From NCBI GenBank assembly GCA_963707985.1, contig CAVPRW010000010.1, positions 1 to 64,000 of the forward strand: a stretch of DNA of 64,000 nt, written 5' to 3'. Below are positions 39,978 through 50,533 of this stretch, one piece after another. Position numbers and translations under genes: made by a program. Origin of the DNA: an uncultured Nitrospinota bacterium (GTDB lineage Bacteria > Tectomicrobia > Entotheonellia > J063 > CAVPRW01). The notes below the pieces were generated by a model. That model did not search any database. It saw nothing but the letters and a program-made list of their open reading frames with translations, and was not told the origin of the DNA. How positions within the stretch are numbered: the stretch's first letter is position 1; the number at the start of each line of letters is the position of its first letter.

Positions 39978-41240
39978 TTACGACAGCCAGGCGTATTGAC
40001 GGTGATATTCGCTGATTTTCTGGAGAACCAAACGCGGCTGCCCTTGACAGGATAATCGCACACCTGGAATGCACTCGAGGTCCAACGTGACATTGCGGGT
40101 CCCGAACTTGACGCGGCCGCTGTCTCTCAACACTGCCTCATATTCGTCCATCGAGAGCGGGTAGCGTGCGTTCAAATGCTTCTCGAGCTCGAAACGACGC
40201 TGACGCTCGCGGCCATGGGGTGTGACCACACCACTGAAAAACTCCGAGCAGCAGCCCGAGCCATAGGAAAAACAGCCAATGCGTTGGGGCGTCTCGAAAC
40301 GCGCCTGGTCAATCGTGGCCGCCAGGGCCATGAACACGGTTCCGCCCATGATATTGCCCACCCGCTGGCAGTAGGTCAGTCCGGGCATGACCCGCTGCTG
40401 GAAATCTGTCTCGATCTCAGCCCGTGTCCCGATGGCCATCTTGCGCATCATGGTGCGGTGCGCGCCCTTGATCATGCCGCCGAAGGGGGTGTGGAACACC
40501 AGGTAGTGGAAGGTCTGGCGAAAATCCGCCGCCTCGACCCGCCGCTGGTACTCCAAGAAGGCCTGTTCGCAACAATGCAAATAGGAGAGGAGCGACAAAT
40601 CGGTATCCCCCGCCTCGCCATCGGGTGTCGGGCGGCAGGTATCCATCACCTCATAACCGGAATAGCCGTTGGCCCCTACGTCCGTCTGGAACACGGTGGG
40701 ATGCTCGCCCACCAGCATGGCGACGGCACCAGCCCCCGAGCTGGGCTCACCGTATGACCAGTCCGCACTCAGCGCGTTGCCCCCCTCGACCACGATGGCA
40801 CGGGCAATGTCGGTGGCCACTACCAGTGCTTTGGCGCCGGGGGACGTTTGGGCCAGAATGAAGTTGACAGCCATCTGGAACCCCGCGGTGCCCGCATAGC
40901 AGGCCTGCTTGAGCTCAAATAGGCGACAGTTGCGGTTCAGTTCCAGGTAATGATGAATGTACGTGCTGATGGATTTGCCGAAATCGATGCCTGACTCGGA
41001 ACAGGTAATCAACATTTCGATGCGGTCTCTTGCCGCGTTGTCCAGAGTGTCCAGCAGGGGCTTGGCGGCATTGACGCCGTAGGTGATGGCATCTTCGTAG
41101 GGGAGGGCCACAGCTTTTTGCCGCATCAGAAGGTTTTCCACGCGGGCCGGATCCAATTGGCGGTGCTGAGCCAGCTCCATGACGTCCACACAGGCAGAGC
41201 CCCCAAATACATTCATGGCTTCGATACCGGCGGCAACCAT
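39978..41240 (-). CDS. HMG-CoA synthase family protein (PksG/HCS beta-branching type)
   Basis: SESGIDFGKS, ELKQACY.GT, YEVMDTCRP, FHTPFGGM.KGAHR and FSYGSGCCSEF. Confidence 0.9.
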   Translation of the reverse strand: MVAAGIEAMNVFGGSACVDVMELAQHRQLDPARVENLLMRQKAVALPYEDAITYGVNAAKPLLDTLDNAARDRIEMLITCSESGIDFGKSISTYIHHYLELNRNCRLFELKQACYAGTAGFQMAVNFILAQTSPGAKALVVATDIARAIVVEGGNALSADWSYGEPSSGAGAVAMLVGEHPTVFQTDVGANGYSGYEVMDTCRPTPDGEAGDTDLSLLSYLHCCEQAFLEYQRRVEAADFRQTFHYLVFHTPFGGMIKGAHRTMMRKMAIGTRAEIETDFQQRVMPGLTYCQRVGNIMGGTVFMALAATIDQARFETPQRIGCFSYGSGCCSEFFSGVVTPHGRERQRRFELEKHLNARYPLSMDEYEAVLRDSGRVKFGTRNVTLDLECIPGVRLSCQGQPRLVLQKISEYHRQYAWLS

Positions 41241-41253
41241 CCTCATCCTCCTC

Positions 41254-42921
41254 TCATGAAGCCGTGTCCGAGCCAGTTCCTTCCCGCTGGGAGGTGCCCG
41301 TGATGCTGACGACATGGCCAAATTCCATCTTGACCACGCGGTGTGCGATGTGGAAGTAGCGCTCATCATGCGTCACTGCTACAATCGTCTTCCCTCCGGC
41401 GGCCAGGGCAGGCAAGAGTTGTTCATAAAAATACTGGCGAAATTCCGGGTCCTGATCAGCCGCCCATTCATCGAAAATATAGATTGGACGGTCCTCGAGC
41501 AGCGCCACGATCAATGCCAGGCGCTTCCGCTGTCCGGTCGACAGTTGCAGATTGGTACAATGATCCCCCGCCAGGGCGGTTTTCTGCTCGAGCTCGAATT
41601 GGGTGAGGAGGTTCTGGGTGGCCTCCTCCGGAACATTGAGCAAGCCATAGAGTTTTCGAAACAGATGGAAATCAGCAAAGATGGCGGCAAAGCGCGCTTG
41701 ATAGGATGCTAGTGTGGTGTCACCGATCGGCTGGTTATCCACCAGAAGACGCCCGGCCGTGGGAGCATAGAGTGCCGTCAACAACTTGAGGAACGTGGTC
41801 TTGCCGCTACCGTTCCCGCCCATTACGAACAGGATCTCGCCCCGCCTGATGGCCAGATCAAGCGGGCCAACCCGGAAAAGCTCATTATTCTCTTGATCGA
41901 CATAGGAAAAACTGAGCCCTTGCATCTGGATTTCGTTAAAGTCTTGCGGAACGGGTGACACCACGCCTTGGCCGTCCCTCATGGCCTGAGCGAAGCGATC
42001 CAGTCGTTGTTCAAGCAGCATGATATTGTGCACCGCCACATTCGATTTCGCCAAGGCTTGCAGCCCGCAGATGACGAGCCCTAGTGGCCCAATAATGAAT
42101 AAGACCGTCATCATGATCCGTATCTTGTCCTCTTCATGAAAAGAGACAAGCCGGGGCAGGAGAAAGAGGACTGCGGCGATGGTGATGTAAAACACACTAT
42201 AGGCCATAATGTAATTGAGGGCGAACATGTCAGCCGTGCTGATCTTCATGGAGCGTAACATCTCAGCAGACTCGACGATATCGCGCATCAGGTCATGGCT
42301 CCGGTCGTCGTTGATCTTCATCTCCTTGAAGCCATCCAACAGATCACGAATGGTATTGAACGAGTGAATCTCCTGCTGTGACGTGCGCTGAATCCAGACG
42401 TTCACCTCCTTGAGTCGGCGGCTATACAGCCACATACCAACGCCAATGAGGGTGAGACAGATGACGAAGGCCGGCAGCGACAGTAGCGCCATGTAGATGA
42501 TGGCGAACAGCAACAGGATAGACGACTGCAGCGCGGCGGCGAGCATGCTACTCGATTCCGAGATGACCCGCGCCTCACTGGTCAGCAAATTATAAATGTC
42601 CGCCTGATCAATGCGTTCAAGACTCAAGAGATCCGCCTGGCGAATTTTCTCCGCAATGCGTAGACGGAGTGTGGTGAGGATCTTTTCGAGGACCACCGTC
42701 ACCTGATTGGTCGTGCGCCGGAAGCAGATGGCGTAGATGATGAACGCCACGGCAAATATCAGGAGGTAGCGGAAATCCTGTCTGTCCGCCGAGGTGTCGT
42801 GTATGGCTGTATTGATCAGTACCAGCAAGCCGGCATTCGCCAGGCCCGAAAGGCCTGCGGCGAGGATGAGATTGGACCTGGAACCAGCCGTTTCCTGTTT
42901 GATCAGCTCAAGAAGCGTCAT
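41254..42921 (-). CDS. Cyclic peptide export ABC transporter (SyrD/PvdE family)
   Basis: GGNGSGKTT, LSTGQRKRLAL, FDEWAADQDP.FR..FY and THD. Confidence 0.92.
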   Translation of the reverse strand: MTLLELIKQETAGSRSNLILAAGLSGLANAGLLVLINTAIHDTSADRQDFRYLLIFAVAFIIYAICFRRTTNQVTVVLEKILTTLRLRIAEKIRQADLLSLERIDQADIYNLLTSEARVISESSSMLAAALQSSILLLFAIIYMALLSLPAFVICLTLIGVGMWLYSRRLKEVNVWIQRTSQQEIHSFNTIRDLLDGFKEMKINDDRSHDLMRDIVESAEMLRSMKISTADMFALNYIMAYSVFYITIAAVLFLLPRLVSFHEEDKIRIMMTVLFIIGPLGLVICGLQALAKSNVAVHNIMLLEQRLDRFAQAMRDGQGVVSPVPQDFNEIQMQGLSFSYVDQENNELFRVGPLDLAIRRGEILFVMGGNGSGKTTFLKLLTALYAPTAGRLLVDNQPIGDTTLASYQARFAAIFADFHLFRKLYGLLNVPEEATQNLLTQFELEQKTALAGDHCTNLQLSTGQRKRLALIVALLEDRPIYIFDEWAADQDPEFRQYFYEQLLPALAAGGKTIVAVTHDERYFHIAHRVVKMEFGHVVSITGTSQREGTGSDTAS

Positions 42922-42998
42922 CGGGCCCTGCACACTCCTGTCGTGACCGCGTTCTCCTGAGAAACGTGTGGCACACCCTAGAACCATGCAGGAAGCGT

Positions 42999-43589
42999 TT
43001 AGGCTTCGACGATCGTGAGATGCCCTTGCCCCTCGAAAGTTGTGAGGTCGATATCGGCGATACACCGGACTTTGACGTAATCGAGCGTCAGGCCACCCTC
43101 GAGATGCACAGTCCCGGTCGGGGTTGCGAAATCGGCCCGACTGAAATCGCAGGCCGCGGTGTCAAGCCTGACGCCGAGCTCTGTCCCGCCTTTCGTGGCG
43201 GTAAACGTGATATGCACATATCCTCGATCGATACTCTCTTGTAGAGCTTTGACACTCTTATCCGGACGTAACCTTACGACAACGGGGTGACGACCCTGCG
43301 CCAAGCGTTGGACGAGGGGTGCCTGCGCCGCATCGTCCTGAGCCGAAGGAGTCGACGTTGGGGGAGCGGGTTGACGCGCCATCTCCTCCATGTGCTTTCG
43401 CAGGCTGAGTGGCCGCATGTCGGTCCACACCTGCTCGATATAGGCCAGACACTCTGCCTTGGGGCCGCTCTTACCGACGTCCCTCCAACCCAAGGGATTT
43501 TCCCGGTCGGCAGGCCATATCGAATACTGCTCTTCGTGATTCACGACGACCTTGTAGATCGTTGCGTCGTTTTCCTCATCCCATGCCAT
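42999..43589 (-). CDS. MbtH-like NRPS accessory protein fused to a C-terminal domain
   Basis: [15 protein letters not shown].....PLGW..VG..G.K.ECL.YI..VWTDMRP.SLR plus about 110 further aa. Confidence 0.92.
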   Translation of the reverse strand: MAWDEENDATIYKVVVNHEEQYSIWPADRENPLGWRDVGKSGPKAECLAYIEQVWTDMRPLSLRKHMEEMARQPAPPTSTPSAQDDAAQAPLVQRLAQGRHPVVVRLRPDKSVKALQESIDRGYVHITFTATKGGTELGVRLDTAACDFSRADFATPTGTVHLEGGLTLDYVKVRCIADIDLTTFEGQGHLTIVEA

Positions 43590-43804
43590 GCTTGCCTCCT
43601 ATCGCGGTTTCCACTTGGCGGTACGGCCATCTGGGGGCGAAACGCCTGCCCTCCAGCGGAAGTTGGGGTAGGTGCTGCAGCCGCTAGCGTGAGAGGACTG
43701 CACCATACCAGTCGTGATTTGACCTCGAAGGCACCTCGCCTGGGGGACCACCCAGGTACGGATGGGCGAAGCTCTCGATCGATGCCGGTGAACATGGCTT
43801 CTCG

Positions 43805-44569
43805 TCACACACCTGGTGCCTTCATGCCCTGCGTCAGGTCCTGAGTCAGCGCCCGCAAGAGCAGCTCCTGGGCGCTGTGCAGGAAAAAATGATCGCCGGG
43901 CAACATGCGCTGGATGAAGGCGCTGCGCGTCTGTTCGCGCCAGGCGGCCAGTTCGTCATAACTTACCCTGGGATCCTGCAAGCCTCCAAATACTGAGATC
44001 GGACACGCGAGGGGTGGCTTGGCGATGTAGCTGTAGGTCTCGCATACGGCAAAGTCTGCTCGCAGAACCGGAAGAAAGAATTGCATCAGTTCTGCATCTT
44101 GTAAGACCGCCTCCGGTGTGCCGTTGAGACGGCGCAGTTGGATGAGGAGCTCGGATTCTGGCAAGTGATGCAGCATGGGAGTCCGGTCGGGAAGTTGGGG
44201 AGCACGGTGGCCGGCGATAAACAAGTGTACGGGGACAAGGTTATGTTGCCGGCGCAATTCTTGACTGAGCTCGAAGCTGATCAATCCCCCCATACTGTGT
44301 CCGAAGAACGCGAACGGCACATCCAGATACGGGAGGATAACCGGCGCCAGCGCCTCAACAAGGGCTACCAGCCGAGTAAAAGGCCGTGCTGCCCGGAAAC
44401 TCTCACGTCCGGGCAGTCGAACACACCACAGCTCAGCCATCCCAGGTAAGCCTGCGGTCCAGGAGCGATAGAGCACCGTTCCGCCACCCGCGTATGGAAA
44501 ACAAAACAGCCGCAGACGAGCTTGCGGACTTGGTTTGGGGCAGATGAGCCAGGGGCTAGACGTCGCCAT
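43805..44569 (-). CDS. Type II thioesterase
   Basis: LFCFPYAGG, FFGHSMG, LRADF and PGDHFFL. Confidence 0.92.
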   Translation of the reverse strand: MATSSPWLICPKPSPQARLRLFCFPYAGGGTVLYRSWTAGLPGMAELWCVRLPGRESFRAARPFTRLVALVEALAPVILPYLDVPFAFFGHSMGGLISFELSQELRRQHNLVPVHLFIAGHRAPQLPDRTPMLHHLPESELLIQLRRLNGTPEAVLQDAELMQFFLPVLRADFAVCETYSYIAKPPLACPISVFGGLQDPRVSYDELAAWREQTRSAFIQRMLPGDHFFLHSAQELLLRALTQDLTQGMKAPGV

Positions 44570-44697
44570 CCGTACCACCCCAGAGATGTAATGCGTGAAT
44601 GCCCTGTCGTTGACGACTTGTCGACACCGGGGCCGAAGCACGGCGTGGCCGGATGCTCTGAAGTCGTCTCATGACGAGCCGGAGGCTGCGTCGTCCA

Positions 44698-45255
44698 TTA
44701 CCGATCGGTAGACCTGGGATGCGCGCCCGTGCCTGAGCCATTGGACGGTAACGTGCCGGACTTGTGCCGCATCTCCCACATTTCCTGAGCACGTTCCTGG
44801 CTCGCTTCGAACTCTTGCCTGAAAAAGGCCCGAACTTTGGCGGGTTCAAAATCCAAGAATGTCCCCCCAGATTCGAAATGCTGCATGAAAATCTTGCCAA
44901 TGGCAAGTGTCGTGGCTGCGGAGAAGACCGGCATCGACATCACCCCGATAATCGGGCCCACGACCGGTATCAACCTCATCCCACTGCCCACGATGGTGGC
45001 GAGGGAGGTCGGGATGATGCCCCCCAACAAGGAACTGATCAGCTTTTTGACGATATCTCGATAAAATGGCACGTGATAGTTTGCCGACAGCAGCCGCAAC
45101 ATCCGGAGCTGTATGGCGATGAGCGCCGTCATATCGACCAGGGGAATCGGTATGAAACCGATCCCCCTGGCCAGCCACATATGCCGGTTGATAATCCTGC
45201 GTGCCTGAAGTTCCGGAAGATCCAAAGTGCTCGCCCCCCATGCAGGGCACATCAT
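44698..45255 (-). CDS. DUF697 (YcjF-like) protein
   Basis: IPIPLVD...IQLRML..LS..Y.VPF and T.AIGKIF.QHFESGGTFLDF.P. Confidence 0.8.
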   Translation of the reverse strand: MMCPAWGASTLDLPELQARRIINRHMWLARGIGFIPIPLVDMTALIAIQLRMLRLLSANYHVPFYRDIVKKLISSLLGGIIPTSLATIVGSGMRLIPVVGPIIGVMSMPVFSAATTLAIGKIFMQHFESGGTFLDFEPAKVRAFFRQEFEASQERAQEMWEMRHKSGTLPSNGSGTGAHPRSTDR

Positions 45256-45264
45256 ATAGGGACG

Positions 45265-46203
45265 CTATTTGGTTGGGAGTTGACCGTCCTGCCCCAACGG
45301 GACAGTGCCGATCAGCAGTGGAAGGTCCGCTTTGTCACCCAACACGATCACTTTCGCATTTGATGATTTCGCCAACTCCAAGCTGGCCTCGATGCGCTTC
45401 AACGTCAGGTATCCAGGCGTGAGTCCCCCTGTAATCGTCGCCTGAAAAGCCTCAATGCCCCCGGCTTCGATCCGCTTGCGCTCGGCTTCTTTGTGGGCAA
45501 TCTCGACAAGATAATCATACTCCCATATGCGCTGCTGCTCCTCCCTCCGCCGCTGAATCGCCGCCTGCACTCCCTCCGGCATGATCAGCCGCTCCACGTT
45601 GACATCCGCCACCTCGATGTACTTCCAGCCGATTTGAACTTCTTCCTTGACGCGCTCGATCAGGTCACGCTCGAACAAATCCACCACTCCCGCCACCGTT
45701 GGGTACACCGTTTCGACTCTGTCCACGTATAGGGTTTCGGCGTTGAGCCGGCCAAGGGTATTACGCACGACAGAGGGCATCGTTGGCGTGATGAGAGATT
45801 CGACATAGTCCATGCCGACGTGTTGGTGGAGCTCTGCAGCCAGTGGAGGGTTCACCCGGTACAGCACTGACAGATCGACCGTCATGTCCAATCCATCTTG
45901 CGTCAGCGCCGTTAGCGAGCGGCGCACGATATGCCACCGCACGTCATAGATATAGATGATGTTGAAGGGCAACACGAAGTGTAGCCCCTCGCCGTAGACG
46001 CGGTCGGTGACTGTACCGCTGAACCGTCGCCACAGGACGCCCACGTGCCCCGGATAAATAGACACTAGGATGCGTTCCCAAAAGAAGAGGGCGAGAAACA
46101 CGACGATCAGGAGCGTCATGGTGATACCAAATGCGAGTCGCGAGGACCACTCTCTCAACATGTCTAGAGCGGCTTGTATCCGCAGAGCTATCCAGGACAA
46201 CAA
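45265..46203 (-). CDS. SPFH/prohibitin (Band 7) family membrane protein
   Basis: TM helix, GVLWRRFSGT...VYGEGLH..LP.N and EAERKRIEA.GI. Confidence 0.85.
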   Translation of the reverse strand: MLSWIALRIQAALDMLREWSSRLAFGITMTLLIVVFLALFFWERILVSIYPGHVGVLWRRFSGTVTDRVYGEGLHFVLPFNIIYIYDVRWHIVRRSLTALTQDGLDMTVDLSVLYRVNPPLAAELHQHVGMDYVESLITPTMPSVVRNTLGRLNAETLYVDRVETVYPTVAGVVDLFERDLIERVKEEVQIGWKYIEVADVNVERLIMPEGVQAAIQRRREEQQRIWEYDYLVEIAHKEAERKRIEAGGIEAFQATITGGLTPGYLTLKRIEASLELAKSSNAKVIVLGDKADLPLLIGTVPLGQDGQLPTK

Positions 46204-46594
46204 AGCAGGTCACCTCTTCGCTGGCAGATTATACAGGCGAGAGCGACGTGGTACCACAGGGTCTCTTATCATGGGCACGGTTCACTACGTGGACTATCAG
46301 ACGTCGTGGGCACTCACGACACATGCCCTATATCGTTCCGTGGCAAGGAGGAGATTCACGGAGGAGTCATGATGCAACACATCAAGGTGGAAAGGCAGCC
46401 GTTACGGGAGGTATGCTGGCCACCCAGCTAACCCCCTGCGGATTGCTGTGTGTTTATAAACTTTGCTGTACCTTGTCTGAGACGTGACCGAATGCACTGC
46501 TGTCACAAATTCCCCCTTGGACATAGGGGGCCAGGGAGATTTACCAGCAATGACACGCGCCGGTGGACGCATGTCGCGTGATCCAGCCTAAAGC

Positions 46595-47110
46595 CTAAAT
46601 TTCTGCCGCATTTGTCCGCTCGATGGGGCTAGCCTCCTGACGCGCCTCAGAGGCAAGATCTCGTCCTCTGCCGAACTGCCGCCGGAAGTACTCTCGTACT
46701 TTGGCTGGCTCAAAATCGAGGAACGTACCACCGGATTCAAAATGCTGGATAAAGACCTGCCCGATGGCGTATGTCGAAGCCCCAGCGAACACCGGCATCG
46801 ATAACCGACCCACAATCGACCCGGCCACCTGCGCCACCTGAGCTGAACTGGCAAACAGGCTCGCCACCCCGCCCAACGTGCCACTCAGGGATGTGGGGAC
46901 GATGGATCCGAGCAACGAACCGATGATCTTTTTCCCAAGATCCCTGGAGAACGGGACGTCATAAGCCTCTGACAGGACCTGTAACATCCGCAGCTGTAAC
47001 GCTGTGATCCCCGCCGTATTGATGAAGGGCAAGGGCAACAGGCCCACTCCTGCGGAGAACTCTATGTATTTATTAACGGTTCGGCGTGCCTGGCTTTCTC
47101 TCTCTTCCAT
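46595..47110 (-). CDS. DUF697 (YcjF-like) protein, paralogue
   Basis: LQLRML..LS.AY.VPF and TYAIGQVFIQHFESGGTFLDFEPAKVR. Confidence 0.8.
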   Translation of the reverse strand: MEERESQARRTVNKYIEFSAGVGLLPLPFINTAGITALQLRMLQVLSEAYDVPFSRDLGKKIIGSLLGSIVPTSLSGTLGGVASLFASSAQVAQVAGSIVGRLSMPVFAGASTYAIGQVFIQHFESGGTFLDFEPAKVREYFRRQFGRGRDLASEARQEASPIERTNAAEI

Positions 47111-47303
47111 AGTCGCATGACCCTCCCGCGTTGCCGTCTGCTGATGTGCGACACGTGTTGACGAGCCATGCCGACGCCCACGCGGTCTCCGCAAGGCCAC
47201 AAGGCTCGATTCCAGAGTATCACCCCAGGCTGCCCATTGCCAATCGTTTTGGAGCGATCAGGTCTCACGTCATCGTCGTAAATCGACCCCACCCCTGCAC
47301 CCT

Positions 47304-50300
47304 TCAGTGAGCCCCATCATGCTCATGACGTGGGTTCTTCGCATCCACCAGTTCGTCTGATGTGCCTTTTCTCGCACCAGGCTGGCGCTGGCGCTCCCTG
47401 AGGCGCTCGATGAGCACGTAGATGACCGGCACCACGGCCAGGCTCAGCACGGTCGAGAGGATCATCCCACCGAACACGGCGGTGCCGAGAGAGTGGCGAC
47501 TATTGGCCCCCGCACCACCGGCCAGCACCAATGGGACGACACCGAGGATGAACGCCATGGCGGTCATAAGAATGGGCCGCAACCGAGTGCGGGCGGCCTC
47601 TATCGCCGCGTCTTGAATCGACAGACCTTCGTCGCGACGGCGCCGGGCAAATTCGACGATGAGGATGGCGTTCTTACCGGCCAGACCGATAAGCATCACC
47701 AGACCGATCTGGCAGTACACATCGTTGGCGAGTCCTCGCAGCCATTGTGCCGTCAAGGCCACCAACAGAGCCAGGGGGACCGCCAGCAGCACGATGAACG
47801 GCATGGACCAGCTTTCGTACTGGGCGGCGAGACAAAGGAAGACGACGAGCAGCGCCAACGCGAACAACAGGGGCGCTTGGCGGCCTGATTGGATCTCCTG
47901 ATAGGCAATGCCCGTCCACTCGTAGCCCAGCCCCTGGGGCAATGCTGCCGTCGCCAGTTGCTCCATAACTGCGATCGCCTCTCCAGAGCTGACACCCGGT
48001 GCCGCCGCGCCATTGATCTCAGCCGAGCGGTAGAGATTGTAATGTGAAATCGCCTGAGGGCCGACCATCGGGTGTACCTGGATGAGCGCGCTGAGTGGCA
48101 CCATATCTCCAGCGCTGGTGCGGACGCAAAGACGATTGATGTCTTCGGGTCTGGAGCGAAAATCCTCGCTGGCCTGGAGGAAGACCCGGTAGATATACGC
48201 CCAAACTTGTTGAAGTCATTGACATACATCGAGCTGAGGTAGGCCTGGAGCGTGATGAAGATGTCCGAGATCGGAATACCCAGCGTCTTGGCTATGGTGC
48301 GATCGAGATCGACGTAGAGCTGAGGGGTATTGGCGCTGAAACCACTGAACAGCCCCGTCAGCTCCGGCCGCTGGTATGCCTGTCGCACCAGTTGCTGTGC
48401 CTGGTCTGCCAGGGCCCGGAGCCCCAACCCATCAATGTCCTGAAGCTCGAACTGGAAGCCTCCAGATGAGCCCACACCGGGGAGAGCCGGTGGATTGAAG
48501 GCGACCACCACCGCTTCTGAGATAGTGGCAAAGCGTCGACGCACTGTGCCGATGATCGCACCCAATTGCAGGTCGGGAGCCTTGCGTTCTGCCCAGGGCT
48601 TGAGGACCACGAACACCGATGCCGAATTCGAGGCGGTACTAAAGGTGACGATATCGGCGACGCCTGGCGTGGCGCGTAAGATGGCCTCGACCTCATAGAC
48701 CACCCGCGTCGTGCGCTCCAGCGATGAGCCATCAGGACCCTGAATGTTGGCGACGAGGTAGCCCTGATCTTCGTCGGGAATGAACCCCGTGGGCACCAGA
48801 CGGAACATATAGTACGTGGCAGCAAGGAGGGCAACGAAGACGATGAGCACGAGTATCCAGCCGCGGATCAGACCCCTGACCATGCCGCCATATGCCTGCC
48901 CGGCTCGATCGAAGCCACGGTTGAACTGTCGGAAAAACCAACCGTGCCCTGTGCCTCCGGAGCGTAGAAAAATGGCGCACAAAGCGGGGCTTAGCGTCAA
49001 GGCATTGAGCGTGGAGATTCCCACCGAGCAAGCGATGGTGAGCGCGAACTGCTTGTAGAGCTGTCCGGTCACCCCAGGCATGAAGGCGACCGGAATAAAG
49101 ACGGCCATGAGGACTAGAGAGGTGGCGATGATAGGTCCGACCACCTCACCCATCGCTTCCTGGGCCGCTTGCCGTGCCTGCCGTCCCCGCTCCACGAGAA
49201 AACGGCTGACATTCTCGACCACGATGATGGCGTCATCCACCACGAGACCGGTGGCCAATACCAGGCCAAACAGCGTCAACAAATTGATCGAGAATCCCAG
49301 CACTTTCATCAGGGCGAAGGTACCAATCAGGGACACGGGGATGGTGATAGCGGGAATCAAGGTGGCGTGCCAGTTCTGGAGGAAAATGAATACGACCAGG
49401 AGCACCAAGAGGATGGCTTCGATCAGGGTGAGCAGGACCTCGGTGATCGATTCTTGCACGAAGCTGGTAGTATCGTAGACGATGGTGTATGCCATCCCTT
49501 CGGGAAAACGCTTGGCCAGGTGCTCCATCTGGGCCTTGACTTGACGTGCGACGTCGAGTGAGTTGCCACCTGGGAGGGTGTATACGGCGACAAAAGCCGT
49601 CGGCCCGCCGTTGAGGCGGACGAAGCTTCCATAGTCTTGCGACCCGAGCTCTACGCGTGCGACATCCTTCACATGTACAATGGAGCCATCGGCACGGGTG
49701 CGCACGATGATGTTCCCGAATTCTGCGGCATCTGTGAGACGACCTCGGGTCGTGACCGAATACTGAAATTGCTGCCCGCGCCGCGCCGGGGGCTGGCCAA
49801 TGGCCCCAGCCGCCGTCTGGAGATTCTGCTCGCTGACCGCGTTGGCGATATCCATCGCCGTCAAGCTCAAGTTGGCGAGCTTGTCGGCATCGAGCCAGAT
49901 ACGCATGGCATACGTGCGCGCGCCGAAGAGCAGGACCTGGCCAATGCCCGGAATGCGTCGGAGCACATCGCTGATGTGGAGGTCGGCATAGTTGCTGAGG
50001 AACGCGTCATCATAGCGACCATCCGGGGAGATCACATTGACGGCGAGCGTGAAGTCGGTGGATTGCTTGGTGACGCTGACGCCTTGTTGAACAACTTCCG
50101 AGGGGAGCTGTGCCAGGGCGTTCTAGGCGCGGTTTTGCACGTCTTGAGCGGCGAGGTTGAGATCATAGCCGACGTTGAAGGTGACGGTGATACTGGCGCT
50201 GCCGCTGTCGCTGCTGACAGAGGACAAATACAGCATGCCCTCCACGCCATTGATTTGTTGCTCGAGAGGGGTGGTGACGGTGCGTTCGACGACCTCAGCA

Positions 50301-50458
50301 CTGGCTCCAGGGTAGTACGCGCTCACCTGGATGGTCGGTGGCGTGATCGGCGGGAACTGCGCCACTGGCAGCAGCCGCATCGTCACCCCACCGGCCAGCA
50401 CGATCATGATGGCGATGACGGTCGCGAAAATCGGGCGTTGGATGAAGAAGTTAACCAA
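47304..50458 (-). pseudogene. RND efflux permease (AcrB/HAE1 type) with an in-frame TAG at 50123 and a frameshift near 48190
   Basis: FFIQRPIFA, GLVVDDAIIVVEN, KNAILIVEFA and RLRPILMT. Confidence 0.9.
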
Positions 50459-50533
50459 TCCGGCACTCCATGCGGTCGTGACGCGGCTATCCGTGGCTGG
50501 GGGCTCAGCCGCTGATCCCCCGCCAAGGCATGA

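Noticed and set aside
46508..46542. CCCCCTT..AGGGGG hairpin as a terminator
   Set aside because: Weak stem without a clear U-tract; possibly a REP-like repeat but unsupported
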